The notes: generated from the letters alone by a model not told the origin. A stretch of DNA of 64,000 bases from Bacteroidota bacterium (GCA_022567305.1 JADFHF010000004.1:40623-104622), one strand, 5' to 3'; positions 36,853 to 47,252 are shown, numbered from the stretch's first letter. A program made the numbers and translations.

Positions 36853-38470
36853 TGAACTGATCGGGAAGGTCGTTTTCGAAGAGCACTGCGTCGCCGGATT
36901 CGAGGGCCCCATTCAGGAAATCCTTGGCCTCGAACAACGACTGAACGACCTGAATATTCTGGTCGGGAAAATCGGCCTCCCTGAGACCTTCGGCAATGGC
37001 ATAGGTTCGACGCTCACCTACGAGTATAGCCACGTCCACGTTTTTAGCTATGTGACGACCCAGGAGTCGATTTTCCTCATCCTGTCGTTCACCCAGTTCA
37101 ATCATGCCGGGGGTGACTATAAATCGCTTGCGTGCCTCTAATTGACCCAGAATTTCGACCGCATTTCGGGCGCCGACCGGATTGCTGTTAAAGGCATCGT
37201 CAATCACGGTGATGGTACCTTCGCGGCGGACCGCAAGTCGGTGCGGAACTGGAGTCAGTCTTGAAACAGCCTGCGCGATCTGTCTCAGACGCAGACCGTA
37301 GATTCGCCCGACGGCAATCGCCATCAGGATATTTGTGACATTGTGGCGGCCGACCAGGCGTGTGTGCATCTGGATGGAAGCCCCGGATTCATCGGATGCT
37401 CGAAATGCCGAGCCTTCGGGTCCAAAGTGAATCTCCGACGCCCGTATGTGGGCATCAGGATGATTCTCACACGAGACCAACCACGTTTCTCCTGGAAATT
37501 GTGCCGCCATGGCCCGAACCTGTTCATCATCGGCATTGAGTACGGCGTGGCCGTCAGACCGGGTAAACTGAAGTAACGCTCCCTTCTCATGGGCAATCGC
37601 TTCGGTGGATCCCATGGACTCGAGGTGGGCGATCCCGACCGACGTCACGAGGGCGATTTTCGGCGTGGCGATCAAACACAGCTCTTCGATATCTCCCGGA
37701 TTTCGGATACCCATCTCCAGAATCAAGACCTGATGCGCGGGGGAGAGGTCGTTGTTAACCACCTTGCAGATGCCCATCGGCGTGTTATACGAATTCGGCG
37801 TGGCGAGCACGGAGAATCGGTGGGCGAGCACCTCCTCCACCGCGAATTTAACACTGGTTTTTCCGTACGAACCCGTGACCGCTATAATATCCAGATCGGG
37901 ACGGGCTGATAGTTTCTTGCGAGCAGCTCTCTTGAATCCATTTTGGATTGAGGTTTCAACCGGATGGAGAAGAATGGAGGCCGCGTAAAGGGTAAAAGGA
38001 GCAAAAAAATCAGCAGCGAGAAATCCCGCTAGGAATAGAATAGCCGCCCGCCATCCAGAAAGTCCCGTTGCGGGAAGCGCCCCGGCGACGACCAGCGCCA
38101 GCGAGAGGCCAGCTGACAACGCGAGTAGCCGTTTCATTCGGAAGGTTAATACAAGGGGCTTTTTCGGTTGGTCGCGACGATATCGCCGGGATGAAGCGAA
38201 AGTCATGGCCCAAAGTAGATAGAAGCCGGGGATAAGCGCTGTCGGGAGAAAGCTGTCGAGCGAAATCTGGACCAGAATGACGATAACGATCCAAGTCACG
38301 GCCAAGCGGTGTGAAACGCGCAGGACCACATCCCCAAACCGATTCCGGACCCAATCGAGATAATTCGCTGCCTGGTACGCTTCAAGCTGAAAGATATGCG
38401 CAAAAAATTGCAATCTTCGCCCGATCCGCCACGTACAGAACGCAACTGCTATGATGATCGTGAGGATCAC
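36842..38470 (-). CDS. MurF-like Mur ligase with an N-terminal ~190-aa polytopic membrane domain
   Basis: GTG start. Four to five hydrophobic helices come first. Then IIAVTGSYGKTSVK (P-loop), NSYNTPMG, EMGIRNPGDI, GRHNVTNILMA and IDDAFNSNP, which are MurF central and C-terminal domain motifs. Confidence 0.75.
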   Translation of the reverse strand: MILTIIIAVAFCTWRIGRRLQFFAHIFQLEAYQAANYLDWVRNRFGDVVLRVSHRLAVTWIVIVILVQISLDSFLPTALIPGFYLLWAMTFASSRRYRRDQPKKPLVLTFRMKRLLALSAGLSLALVVAGALPATGLSGWRAAILFLAGFLAADFFAPFTLYAASILLHPVETSIQNGFKRAARKKLSARPDLDIIAVTGSYGKTSVKFAVEEVLAHRFSVLATPNSYNTPMGICKVVNNDLSPAHQVLILEMGIRNPGDIEELCLIATPKIALVTSVGIAHLESMGSTEAIAHEKGALLQFTRSDGHAVLNADDEQVRAMAAQFPGETWLVSCENHPDAHIRASEIHFGPEGSAFRASDESGASIQMHTRLVGRHNVTNILMAIAVGRIYGLRLRQIAQAVSRLTPVPHRLAVRREGTITVIDDAFNSNPVGARNAVEILGQLEARKRFIVTPGMIELGERQDEENRLLGRHIAKNVDVAILVGERRTYAIAEGLREADFPDQNIQVVQSLFEAKDFLNGALESGDAVLFENDLPDQFNES

Positions 38471-39300
38471 TGGCCGTTCAAAAAGTGAAGCATTGCATTT
38501 CCAACCGTGTCCGGCTGATCGAGATAGGCGAAATGGCCGGCATTCTTGACGGTTACGAGCCCGGCATCGGGTATCTCCTGTTCCATAAGTTTGACCTGAG
38601 CCTGTGTGACGGAATCGTCGTTCTCACCCCGAAAAAGCAATACAGGTCGGAGAACGTCGGGCAGACGATCCTCAAGATAGCAGTTCACGGTCTTCACAAA
38701 CGTCTCTCGCATCACACCCTCCAGCTCCCGATAATCAGGTGATGACAGCAGCTTCCACACCAAAGAATGACGGAGCCAATCGAGCCCGAATTCCCGAATT
38801 GGTTCGGGTAGAATCTGGAATGGAGCTTTTAGAACAGATGCTACGACCGCGCGGATGTAGTAGCGTATCGATCGTCGCCGCCGAACTCCGGAAGGACTGA
38901 GAAGGATCAATTTTTCCAGGGAGTCGGGCGTGGAGGCATCTGACGAAACAAATAGAGCGATCCGCCCACCGTTTGAGTGTCCTACGATACTGAAGGGACC
39001 GGCAAATACTTGATCGGCAACCTGCCGTACCGCGGAAGCATAATCTTCCATTTCCCAGGCCGTTGGCGGTACGGGGCTTTTCCCGTGTCCAGGCAAATCT
39101 AAATTGACTACATAGTGGGTCGCTTCGAGCCGTTTTGCGATCGGCCGCATCATCTGCGCGCTGCTTCCCCAACCATGCAGCAAGAGCACGCCTGGTGATC
39201 CCTTTTCGCCGCTCGACTCGAAGGAGAGTCGCACGCGATGTGAATCCACTTCAATTTCGAGTGTATTCGGATGCTGAAGATCGCTGTTCCGTTGCTGCAA
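38467..39300 (-). CDS. alpha/beta-fold hydrolase
   Basis: 277 aa with LLLHGWGSS and IVGHSNGG (nucleophile elbow). Its stop overlaps the GTG of the Mur ligase gene (GTGA). Confidence 0.75.
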   Translation of the reverse strand: MQQRNSDLQHPNTLEIEVDSHRVRLSFESSGEKGSPGVLLLHGWGSSAQMMRPIAKRLEATHYVVNLDLPGHGKSPVPPTAWEMEDYASAVRQVADQVFAGPFSIVGHSNGGRIALFVSSDASTPDSLEKLILLSPSGVRRRRSIRYYIRAVVASVLKAPFQILPEPIREFGLDWLRHSLVWKLLSSPDYRELEGVMRETFVKTVNCYLEDRLPDVLRPVLLFRGENDDSVTQAQVKLMEQEIPDAGLVTVKNAGHFAYLDQPDTVGNAMLHFLNGQ

Positions 39301-39612
39301 GACTAGAAACCACCTATCTTATCCACCGATTCAGCAGAAATGCTTTTTCTATCGGCAACGACCTCTTTTTAGTCGGAGGTTTTAGTTGCCCGCGGTCGCC
39401 CTGTGGTCTGGGCACCTTATTTGGACGTATGTCTTGGTTGAAGATAATCAACGCTTCGCTTTTATCCCCGACACGCCATTGCCGTGCTTTCGACGGGCAC
39501 GTTGAATGGTTGATTGTTTTAGGTTGAAGCGAACCATGATTTTTCTGACCGGTCTTGTCGCGATAAAATGGATCGTTATCAAGATACCTCAGGGAAAAAT
39601 TCAGAGCGTAAT

Positions 39613-40731
39613 ATGGAAGAAAAGACATTTTCCGGAATCCTCGAATTGATCGGGGATAAAAAGTTCGGGTTTATCCGTCCCTTTGAACCAGCTCTCCCCA
39701 AAATGAAGGGGGACCCATTCGTTTCCCCCTCTCTAATCAGCAAGCACGGGCTACGCGATGGTATCGTGATGGAAGGGACGCTTCGACCCGGTCGCAAAGG
39801 CGACATGCAGGTCCATCGGATTGATTCCGTGATGGGTATTCCACCGGATGAGTGGAGCAAAATCGACGACTTTGAGTCAGGTGCGGTCATCTATCCAGAG
39901 GAGAAACTCCGCATGGTTTCTGAGACCTCCGCAAATGCGACGAGACGAGTCATCGACCTGGCAGCACCCATTGGAAAAGGCCAGAGAGTACTAGTTGTCG
40001 CACCTCCGAGAACGGGGAAGACGTATATCCTTAAGGAAATCGCGGCAGCCGTGACCGAGAATCACCCCGAGTGCGAACTGGTTGCGCTTCTGGTCGACGA
40101 ACGACCGGAAGAGGTAACGGATTTCAAGCGCACGACATCGGCTACCGTTTTTGCCTCATCCAACGACCGGGAAGAAGACAATCACGTCCGCGTGGCCACG
40201 CTCACTTTGGAATACGTGAAACGTCTGGTCGAGTTGGGTAAAGATGTCGTCCTGCTTCTTGATTCGCTAACGCGTCTTGGGCGAAATTTTAATCTCTTCA
40301 TGGGAGGAAGTGGACGAACACTTTCCGGAGGATTGGATTCCAAAGCCATGACCATTCCGCGGAAACTTTTTGGTGCTGCGAGAAATATCGAAGACGGTGG
40401 ATCGCTGACGATCGTCGCCACCGCGCTTATCGAAACCGGGAGCAGAATGGACGAGGTTATTTTCGAGGAGTTCAAAGGGACCGGAAATGCTGAAATCGTT
40501 CTCGATAGAGAAATGGCTGACAAACGCATTTATCCGGCGATCAATCTGCGAAAATCCGGGACAAGGATGGAAGAAATGCTGATCGGTGACAAAATCGACC
40601 AGCACCGACGCCTCTTCCGGGCTCTGAACACGCGCAAACCAATCGATGCCATGCAGGCGCTGCTGAGACACATGCAGAAGGTGCCAACGAACGACGAGCT
40701 ATTGGACAACTTGATTCCGGCGGCTGACTAG
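39613..40731 (+). CDS. rho: transcription termination factor Rho
   Basis: Start taken at MEEKTFSGILE. It has a CSD-like RNA-binding region, PPRTGKTYILKE (Walker A) and ...LLLDSLTRLGRNFN... A ~310-nt leader lies upstream. Confidence 0.9.
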   Translation: MEEKTFSGILELIGDKKFGFIRPFEPALPKMKGDPFVSPSLISKHGLRDGIVMEGTLRPGRKGDMQVHRIDSVMGIPPDEWSKIDDFESGAVIYPEEKLRMVSETSANATRRVIDLAAPIGKGQRVLVVAPPRTGKTYILKEIAAAVTENHPECELVALLVDERPEEVTDFKRTTSATVFASSNDREEDNHVRVATLTLEYVKRLVELGKDVVLLLDSLTRLGRNFNLFMGGSGRTLSGGLDSKAMTIPRKLFGAARNIEDGGSLTIVATALIETGSRMDEVIFEEFKGTGNAEIVLDREMADKRIYPAINLRKSGTRMEEMLIGDKIDQHRRLFRALNTRKPIDAMQALLRHMQKVPTNDELLDNLIPAAD

Positions 40732-40771
40732 CCTGAAGGTTACGTACGGTCGATGGTCGTGTCCTGCTTCC

Positions 40772-41524
40772 GTGAACAATCGCCAATCAAGACGAATAAC
40801 AGGCATTCGCACGTGGGCCGATGAGGACCAGCCCCGGCAAAGAATTTTCGATTCAGGATCTCAGGTGCTCTCCAACGCCGAGTTGATTGCAGCCATTCTT
40901 GGATCCGGCACGAGCACCACGAAGGGTTCTCTAACCGCCGTGCAATTGGGAAGGATTATTCTTTCCAGACACGAATCTATTAGAGATCTGGCGGCTGTTG
41001 AGGCGGTCGAGCTGGTCGCGCTGCCCGGGATGGGAATGGCCCGGAGTGCTCAGTTGGTGGCTGCGTTTGAACTGGGTCGTCGAGTATCAGAAACTCCGGA
41101 ACGCTCCCGCGTTGTGCTTCGCGGCCCGAAAGACGTGGCCGCTCATTTCGCGCCGTCGATGCGCGATCTACACCGGGAGGTGTTCAAAGTGGCTATGTTG
41201 AACAGCGCGGCCCGCTTGATCCGCACATTCACGGCCAGCGAGGGGGGACTGGCTGCCAGCATCGTGGAACCCCGACTCGTATTTCGTCGAGCGATTCTAG
41301 CTCACGCGGCATCGATCATTTGTGTGCACAATCATCCTTCAGGAAATCGCGAACCCAGTCAGGAGGACATCCGCATTACGAAACAGCTTGCACTAGCAGG
41401 GCAGGTCGTGGGCATTACGCTCAACGACCATATTATCATCGCCGGGGACGGGTACACGTCGCTTGCGGAACGGGGATTTCTCGAGCGGACGGGATCAGAA
41501 AACGCGGATACGACTGCGAAATGA
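40772..41524 (+). CDS. radC: RadC-family JAB/MPN domain protein
   Basis: Contains ...LSNAELIAAILGSG... (HhH region) and ...CVHNHPSGNREPSQED... (JAMM motif). Non-ATG start. Confidence 0.85.
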   Translation: MNNRQSRRITGIRTWADEDQPRQRIFDSGSQVLSNAELIAAILGSGTSTTKGSLTAVQLGRIILSRHESIRDLAAVEAVELVALPGMGMARSAQLVAAFELGRRVSETPERSRVVLRGPKDVAAHFAPSMRDLHREVFKVAMLNSAARLIRTFTASEGGLAASIVEPRLVFRRAILAHAASIICVHNHPSGNREPSQEDIRITKQLALAGQVVGITLNDHIIIAGDGYTSLAERGFLERTGSENADTTAK

Positions 41525-41645
41525 GCTAGATATTCAATTCTACTGGATTGAAGCCTCGTGGGCGTTATGGTAACTTGAATGCCAAATCTGATCCTTCCGA
41601 TCGGGACGCCCATTTCTTTCCTGGACCGACTTACTCACATCGTTC

Positions 41646-43085
41646 ATGAGCGCTCAGTTCGATCAAATCGTTTCTCTCAGCAAGCGTCGCGGATTCATAT
41701 TTCAGTCCTCGGAAATCTACGGCGGTCTTGCAGCCACGTATGACTATGGCCCGATGGGAGTCGAGATCAAACGAAACGTCGTCCAGTGCTGGTGGGATGA
41801 AATGGTTTATCGCAACGACAACATTGTTGGGTTAGACACAGCCGTTTTTATGCACCCGACCGTCTGGAAAGCTTCGGGGCACGTGGACGCGTTCAACGAC
41901 CCGATGATTGACGACAAGACGACGAACATGCGTTACCGGGCCGACGACCTGATTGAGGGTCACATTGCCCGCCTGAGAAAGAAAGGAAAAGATGAACGGG
42001 CTGATCAAGTACATGAGCGTCTCGTTGCAGCGTTGAATGACGAAAATATGACGGATGCCCTCCATGATCTTATCACGGAGGAGGAAATTCGATCACCGGA
42101 TTCGGGGCAATGCAATTGGACCGAAGTGCGTCAGTTCAACCTGATGTTCGACACCCGTCTCGGCGCATCGTCGGATTCGGAGAACAAGATTTATCTCCGC
42201 CCGGAAACGGCACAGGGCACGTATGTAAACTTCCATAACGTCCGGGAGACGGCACGGCTTCAGATCCCGTTCGGAATTGCTCAGGTAGGGAAGGCTTTTC
42301 GGAATGAAATCGTTGCACGGCAGTTCATCTTCAGGACGAGGGAGTTTCATCAGATGGAGATGCAATACTTCGTCGCACCAGGCTCGCAGATGGAAGCTCT
42401 CGAAATGTGGCGCGAACGTAGAATGCAGTGGCATCTGGACAACGGTATTCGGCCTGAAAAACTGCGCTGGCACGAGCACGAGAAGCTGGCGCACTACGCC
42501 GATGTGGCCTTCGACCTGCAATACGAGTATCCGAATGGTTGGCAGGAACTCGAGGGGGTTCATTCAAGAACCGACTTCGACCTGAAAGCCCATCAGAAGT
42601 ACTCGGGCAAGAAGATGGAATACGTAGATCCCCAGACCCGTGAGCGCTTCATCCCTTATGTAGTTGAAACGGCAGCGGGCCTGGACCGAATCATTCTCGC
42701 CCTCCTTTGTGAAGCCTATCGCGAGGAAGAGGTCAACGGCGAAAAACGAACGCTCATGGCGTTTCACCCGCGAATCGCGCCGATCAAAGTCGCGATTTTG
42801 CCGCTCGTGAAAAAGGACGGCATGCCGGAGGTGGCCCATGCCATAAAAGACTCTCTGAAAGCGGATTTCAACACGTTTTACGATGAGAAGGGGGCGATCG
42901 GTCGCCGGTACCGCCGAATGGATGAAGTTGGGACTCCATTCTGTGTCACCGTAGACGGCGAAACGTTGACCGATGGAACCGTCACCATAAGAGAGCGGGA
43001 CTCCATGGAGCAAATTCGGGTGGAAAAGGATGCGGTCGCCGGCGTGCTGATCGAAAAGCTGAGATCCTGGGAGGCCGGAACCTGA
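41646..43085 (+). CDS. glyQS: glycine--tRNA ligase (dimeric class II type)
   Basis: 479 aa. MSAQFDQIVSLSKRRGFIFQSSEIYGGLAATYDYGPMG is a typical GlyQS N-terminus. Confidence 0.95.
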   Translation: MSAQFDQIVSLSKRRGFIFQSSEIYGGLAATYDYGPMGVEIKRNVVQCWWDEMVYRNDNIVGLDTAVFMHPTVWKASGHVDAFNDPMIDDKTTNMRYRADDLIEGHIARLRKKGKDERADQVHERLVAALNDENMTDALHDLITEEEIRSPDSGQCNWTEVRQFNLMFDTRLGASSDSENKIYLRPETAQGTYVNFHNVRETARLQIPFGIAQVGKAFRNEIVARQFIFRTREFHQMEMQYFVAPGSQMEALEMWRERRMQWHLDNGIRPEKLRWHEHEKLAHYADVAFDLQYEYPNGWQELEGVHSRTDFDLKAHQKYSGKKMEYVDPQTRERFIPYVVETAAGLDRIILALLCEAYREEEVNGEKRTLMAFHPRIAPIKVAILPLVKKDGMPEVAHAIKDSLKADFNTFYDEKGAIGRRYRRMDEVGTPFCVTVDGETLTDGTVTIRERDSMEQIRVEKDAVAGVLIEKLRSWEAGT

Positions 43086-43091
43086 TTCTGG

Positions 43092-43514
43092 CTATTTCCG
43101 AAACGCCAAATCGATCCAGTCCTTTAATTCGTCTCTCGTTTCCCTAAACGCTTTTCGGCGATCCTCCGAGGAGCCTTTCACTTCTGATGGATCTGAAAAA
43201 GCCCTGTGAACCTGATTTACCTTTCCTGGAAATACCGGGCAGGCTTCTTTTGCCGAGTCGCAAACCGTTACCACCCAGTCAAAATGCCGATCGTAGTACT
43301 CCGCAAGCACCTTGGAGGTGCCGGCGGATATGTCAATTCCTATTTCAGACATCACTTCTATGGCGAGCGGATCGACCGACGTAGCCTCCGTACCGGCGCT
43401 ATACACGTCGTATTGATCACCGTGAAATGCGCGAAGGAGTCCCTCAGCCATCTGGCTCCGCGCACTATTGTGTGTGCACAGGAAAAGCACCGTTGTTTTA
43501 CCTGAATCGGCCAC
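43092..43514 (-). CDS. arsC: arsenate reductase, thioredoxin-coupled LMW-PTP type
   Basis: Contains VLFLCTHNSARSQMAEG and TVCDSAKEACP. I chose the GTG at 43514 because the track N-terminus (to 43646) is basic, non-homologous and overlaps nadA. The start is uncertain. Confidence 0.75.
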   Translation of the reverse strand: MADSGKTTVLFLCTHNSARSQMAEGLLRAFHGDQYDVYSAGTEATSVDPLAIEVMSEIGIDISAGTSKVLAEYYDRHFDWVVTVCDSAKEACPVFPGKVNQVHRAFSDPSEVKGSSEDRRKAFRETRDELKDWIDLAFRK

Positions 43515-43620
43515 CTTAATCGAACTATTGAATCGCGAAGAATAGCGACGGTGAATGGAACGGATCCACCGTCCAAGAATACGAAAGTATCGAAACACGC
43601 CTACTCGATGCTTAATAATC

Positions 43621-44610
43621 ATGAGCATTCCCGTATTGGATCCCATCGTCGGCTACATCGATGAACCCGTCGATCCGGGACTGGATCTTTATGATGAGAT
43701 CGAACGCCTGAAGCAGGAAAAGAATGCGTTGTTATTGGCGCATTATTACCAGGAGCCGGCCATTCAGGATGTCGCTGACTATGTCGGGGATTCGCTGGGC
43801 TTGTCCCGACAGGCGGCCGAAACGGATGCCGATATAATCCTGTTCGCCGGTGTGCATTTCATGGCCGAGACCGCCAAGATTCTGAGCCCCGAAAAGAAAG
43901 TTCTTCTTCCGGATCTGAATGCCGGTTGTTCGCTGGCTGATGCCTGCCCCGCCGATGAATTTGCGGCGTTCAAGGCGCAATACCCCGATCACGTGGTGAT
44001 TTCTTATATCAACTGTTCAGCCGCCACGAAAGCACAGAGCGATATCATTTGCACATCCTCGAATGCCGAGCATATAGTCGATCAAATTCCTGAGGACCAA
44101 CCCATCATTTTCGCTCCGGACAAAAACCTGGGCGCGTACCTCATCAAGAAAACGGGCAGGGAAATGGTGTTATGGGATGGTGTGTGTATCGTGCACCAGT
44201 TGTTTAGCGAACAGAAACTCGTAAGGCTTAAGACCAGATATCCGGATGCGCCCGTATTGGCCCATCCGGAGTGTGAAGAAAATCTACTGAAGCACGCCGA
44301 TTACATTGGATCGACCAGCGGGATTCGCCGATTTGCTGTAACAGAGCCATACGACACCTTTATCATTGCTACAGAAGAGGGAATCCTGCATCAGATGCAG
44401 AAGGATTCTCCCGAGAAAACCTTCATCCCGGCCCCTCCAGAAGGCGGGTGTGCGTGCAGCCAGTGCCCGCACATGCGGTTGAACACGCTCGAGAAGCTTT
44501 ATCTGTGTCTGGTCCACGAGGAACCTGAAATTCTTCTCGACGAGGAGATACGGATTCAAGCGCTCCGTCCGATCGATCGAATGATGGAGATGAGTGTTGC
44601 CGTGCTCTAA
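43621..44610 (+). CDS. nadA: quinolinate synthase
   Basis: Start taken at MSIPVLD. NadA-like blocks are present (...LLAHYYQ..., ...[12 protein letters not shown]..., ...[11 protein letters not shown]...). Confidence 0.9.
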   Translation: MSIPVLDPIVGYIDEPVDPGLDLYDEIERLKQEKNALLLAHYYQEPAIQDVADYVGDSLGLSRQAAETDADIILFAGVHFMAETAKILSPEKKVLLPDLNAGCSLADACPADEFAAFKAQYPDHVVISYINCSAATKAQSDIICTSSNAEHIVDQIPEDQPIIFAPDKNLGAYLIKKTGREMVLWDGVCIVHQLFSEQKLVRLKTRYPDAPVLAHPECEENLLKHADYIGSTSGIRRFAVTEPYDTFIIATEEGILHQMQKDSPEKTFIPAPPEGGCACSQCPHMRLNTLEKLYLCLVHEEPEILLDEEIRIQALRPIDRMMEMSVAVL

Positions 44611-44868
44611 CACCGTTCGAGTGGTGCTCGGAAGCTCCCTTCTCGGGTCCATCTAAAATCCAATACGAAGTCCAACGAGAGGGTCTAACCTTTGCTGGGC
44701 GTCCGTACAAGAGCAGGTCACCTTCGCTGCGCACTTTTTCGTACGTGGATCTCGCTTCAATCATGACCCACGGTTATTCAAGAATGACATGAAGAATTGA
44801 ATATCCTGGAACGGAGATTTGGTTGTCAAGGTTGGTGTCATCCGACCACCGCGACCAAATTGACGAAT

Positions 44869-45507
44869 ATGAGCGAGATCGTTTTCCCTCTCTTCCCCCT
44901 TGATCTGGTTCTGTATCCTGAGGAAGAACTCCCATTGCACATTTTTGAACTCCGGTATCGCGAGATGGTAGAGTTTTGCCTTGAATCCGATTCACCGTTC
45001 GGCGTTGTGCTCAATCAGGATGGTGATCTATCGGATGTCGGCTGTTCGGCCAGAATCGAACAAATTGTAGAGTCTTACGAGGACGGTAGAAAAGATATTC
45101 TAGTCTACGGCCTTCACCGTATTCGCGTGAAAGAAGTTAGCGACACGAGATCGTATCTGACCGGCGACATAGAAATACTGGCCGAGATCGAACAGGCGAT
45201 TGATATCCATCTAAGAGAACGTGTTATCGCCCAACACATCAAACTGCTCGAGTTGGCCGGACGTATGCCGGCACCTACGAGCTACCAAAATCGGAGCTTT
45301 CTATCCTTCTTTATCGCTCACAATGCAGGATTAAGTCTTGACCAGAAGCAGAAAATTCTCGAAATGGGTGGAGAAGCTGACCGCTTGGAATTTTTAGTCG
45401 AACACCTGGAGCGGTTCCTCCCCATGGTCGAAGAAGTAGAGTCGGTCCGGATGAAAGTGCTCTCTAACGGTCACTTTAAAGATTTTCCTCCCGGCCTTAC
45501 GAAATAA
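44869..45507 (+). CDS. LON N-terminal (substrate-binding) domain protein
   Basis: Start taken at MSEIVFPLFPLDLVLYPEEELPLHIFELRYREMV (typical LON_substr_bdg start). 212 aa with no ATPase or protease domain. Confidence 0.75.
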   Translation: MSEIVFPLFPLDLVLYPEEELPLHIFELRYREMVEFCLESDSPFGVVLNQDGDLSDVGCSARIEQIVESYEDGRKDILVYGLHRIRVKEVSDTRSYLTGDIEILAEIEQAIDIHLRERVIAQHIKLLELAGRMPAPTSYQNRSFLSFFIAHNAGLSLDQKQKILEMGGEADRLEFLVEHLERFLPMVEEVESVRMKVLSNGHFKDFPPGLTK

Positions 45508-45565
45508 AATAAGAAATTAGCGCGGCATGGTATTTGGAGATCGATGAAAAACTTACCCTGTTTCA

Positions 45566-46645
45566 TTGTATATCCCCACGGCCGTGAAAAACTCAAAATA
45601 CGTTTCCAACTTGTTCTCTCTCAGCAGGTTACAGTTTAATCGGATACCGCTCGATGGATTGGTTCGGTTCTTTTTATTTCCAGCCGCCGTCGTTATTTCA
45701 ATAGCTGCCCTTGTTTTGGCAGTACAAACCTATTCAGATCTTCAGCAAAGCTCAGTTTCGAGTGCATTTGCTACGGTCCAGTCCGTCCAAGAGGCCTACC
45801 GGCTCGAAACAGAGTATCCGGAGGAGGTCGTTTTTTCGCCCTCAGAACGTCGGCTTGATCGTTTTTGGGTGATATCCGAGTCAGGTGAGGTTCTCGCTTC
45901 AAGTGAGGAAAAAGCTGAACTGAGCCCAGATATCTGGGCGCTCACGGCAAATGCAATCGATGGGATGATTATGGACGAGTACATCGCTGACGATGAAGTT
46001 TTCGTATTAGCCGGGACGATTTCTGCAGACGGGTCGTATTGGACTATGGTCACGCTTTCGCCACCTTTAAAGTTTGCGAAAGTCATTTGGCTGATATTTG
46101 CCATTCTCGCCCTGAGTCTCATGTCGGTAACGGGCGTGATCGCTATCCGCTTTTTCGGGATGAATGCGGCCAAAGATATTTCTTCTGTAAAACCATCCAT
46201 CGATATTGATGTCAGCGCGATTGAAGTCGGTCGAAACGGCTCGAGTGAGTCTGTCGAACCCTCTTTTCGGCCTGACCTATCCAAACTGCACGAGGCTGTG
46301 CTCGATGCAACAGAGGACTTTGTTCTCGTGCTTGATAGCGAACGAAAAATCATCTATTCCAGTCTAAAATCGGCTGATCTTCGTACAGATGAGACCGTCG
46401 ATCAGGCCTCATTAGCTGGATTTGTGGATTGTCATCTTGACCAGAAAGCGAAGTCGCGATTTGAGAAATGGCTCGAAGAAGGGCCATCCGAACGTTCGCT
46501 GATTATGGATGTGCGCGGTCTCGATGGACAGTCATACGCTTCAAGGTGGGTAGCACGCACACTGAAAATGAAGTCAGGAACCTCGTTCGACGTATTTGTT
46601 GGTCGGCGACTCATGGTCGAAGAATTCCCCGTTCCTTCAGCATAA
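45566..46645 (+). CDS. membrane sensor protein (2 TM flanking an extracytoplasmic region, then a PAS-like segment); possibly the 5' part of a disrupted histidine kinase gene
   Basis: There is no ATG in the first ~130 codons, so the start must be TTG or GTG. Hydrophobic segments occur at ~aa 35-55 and ~170-195. LHEAVLDATEDFVLVLDSERKIIYSS is PAS-like. The ORF ends at a TAA that is in frame with the next ORF. Confidence 0.45.
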   Translation: MYIPTAVKNSKYVSNLFSLSRLQFNRIPLDGLVRFFLFPAAVVISIAALVLAVQTYSDLQQSSVSSAFATVQSVQEAYRLETEYPEEVVFSPSERRLDRFWVISESGEVLASSEEKAELSPDIWALTANAIDGMIMDEYIADDEVFVLAGTISADGSYWTMVTLSPPLKFAKVIWLIFAILALSLMSVTGVIAIRFFGMNAAKDISSVKPSIDIDVSAIEVGRNGSSESVEPSFRPDLSKLHEAVLDATEDFVLVLDSERKIIYSSLKSADLRTDETVDQASLAGFVDCHLDQKAKSRFEKWLEEGPSERSLIMDVRGLDGQSYASRWVARTLKMKSGTSFDVFVGRRLMVEEFPVPSA

Positions 46646-46714
46646 ATCGAAGCGTCACACCGGGAACAGCAGCCCAGACGATGGATTAACAGACTCGAGT
46701 CGAACACTACGCCT

Positions 46715-47011
46715 TTGAGGACGATGGAGAAGGTCGAGATGACGCGGGATGAATCCGAAAAGATTCACACAACGTTACGCACGGTGCGCAAACACCTTTC
46801 GCGGATCCATCACGATTTGAACAATCCGCTCTCGATCGTCTCGGGTAACGTGCAACTTATGGACGAGCTTTCAAAAGCTCTCCAGGTTGGCGATGATTTT
46901 GAAGTACCGATCAAGGACGCGATGGTCGCCGTCGAACAACTCACTGGAATAACTGAAGAGCTACTGGTTCTTCGGAATGTCCTCGCGCAACTCGAAGAGA
47001 ACTCAGATTGA
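46715..47011 (+). CDS. stand-alone HisKA/DHp-like domain (H-box) with no ATPase domain; same frame as the preceding ORF
   Basis: ...LSRIHHDLNNPLSIVSGNVQLM... is an H-box. The ORF is 98 aa, and no HATPase_c-like sequence follows. Confidence 0.5.
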   Translation: MRTMEKVEMTRDESEKIHTTLRTVRKHLSRIHHDLNNPLSIVSGNVQLMDELSKALQVGDDFEVPIKDAMVAVEQLTGITEELLVLRNVLAQLEENSD

Positions 47012-47252
47012 CGTGGTCGGAATTGGGCGGAGACCGATTTCTCCCTTGTCCGTGCCGAACGTAGCGGGTAAATTCGAGCGTTCAAATCTGCGTAACATTC
47101 TGAGAAAAAACGCCCGGGATCGGATCTAGTAATCCTTACCAAGACCTTTCTACAGCCTATCGACGATCATCGCTACGACTTGAGATCAGACGATCGTTCA
47201 TCGCTTAACGAGAACGACATGTATCTCTTTTCGAAATCATCATCACCTCCGT

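Noticed and set aside
39361-39385. Terminator/attenuator-like hairpin (ACCTC-N10-GAGGT followed by TTT) in the rho leader
   Set aside because: The stem is only 5 bp and the U-tract is short, which is too weak to call. Rho autoregulation through its leader is plausible but not demonstrable here.
47012-47252. Search for a decayed HATPase_c remnant after the DHp ORF
   Set aside because: Translations in all three plus-strand frames gave only short stretches. One weak N-box-like string (NLRNILRKNA) has an extra residue relative to NLLxNA and is not convincing.
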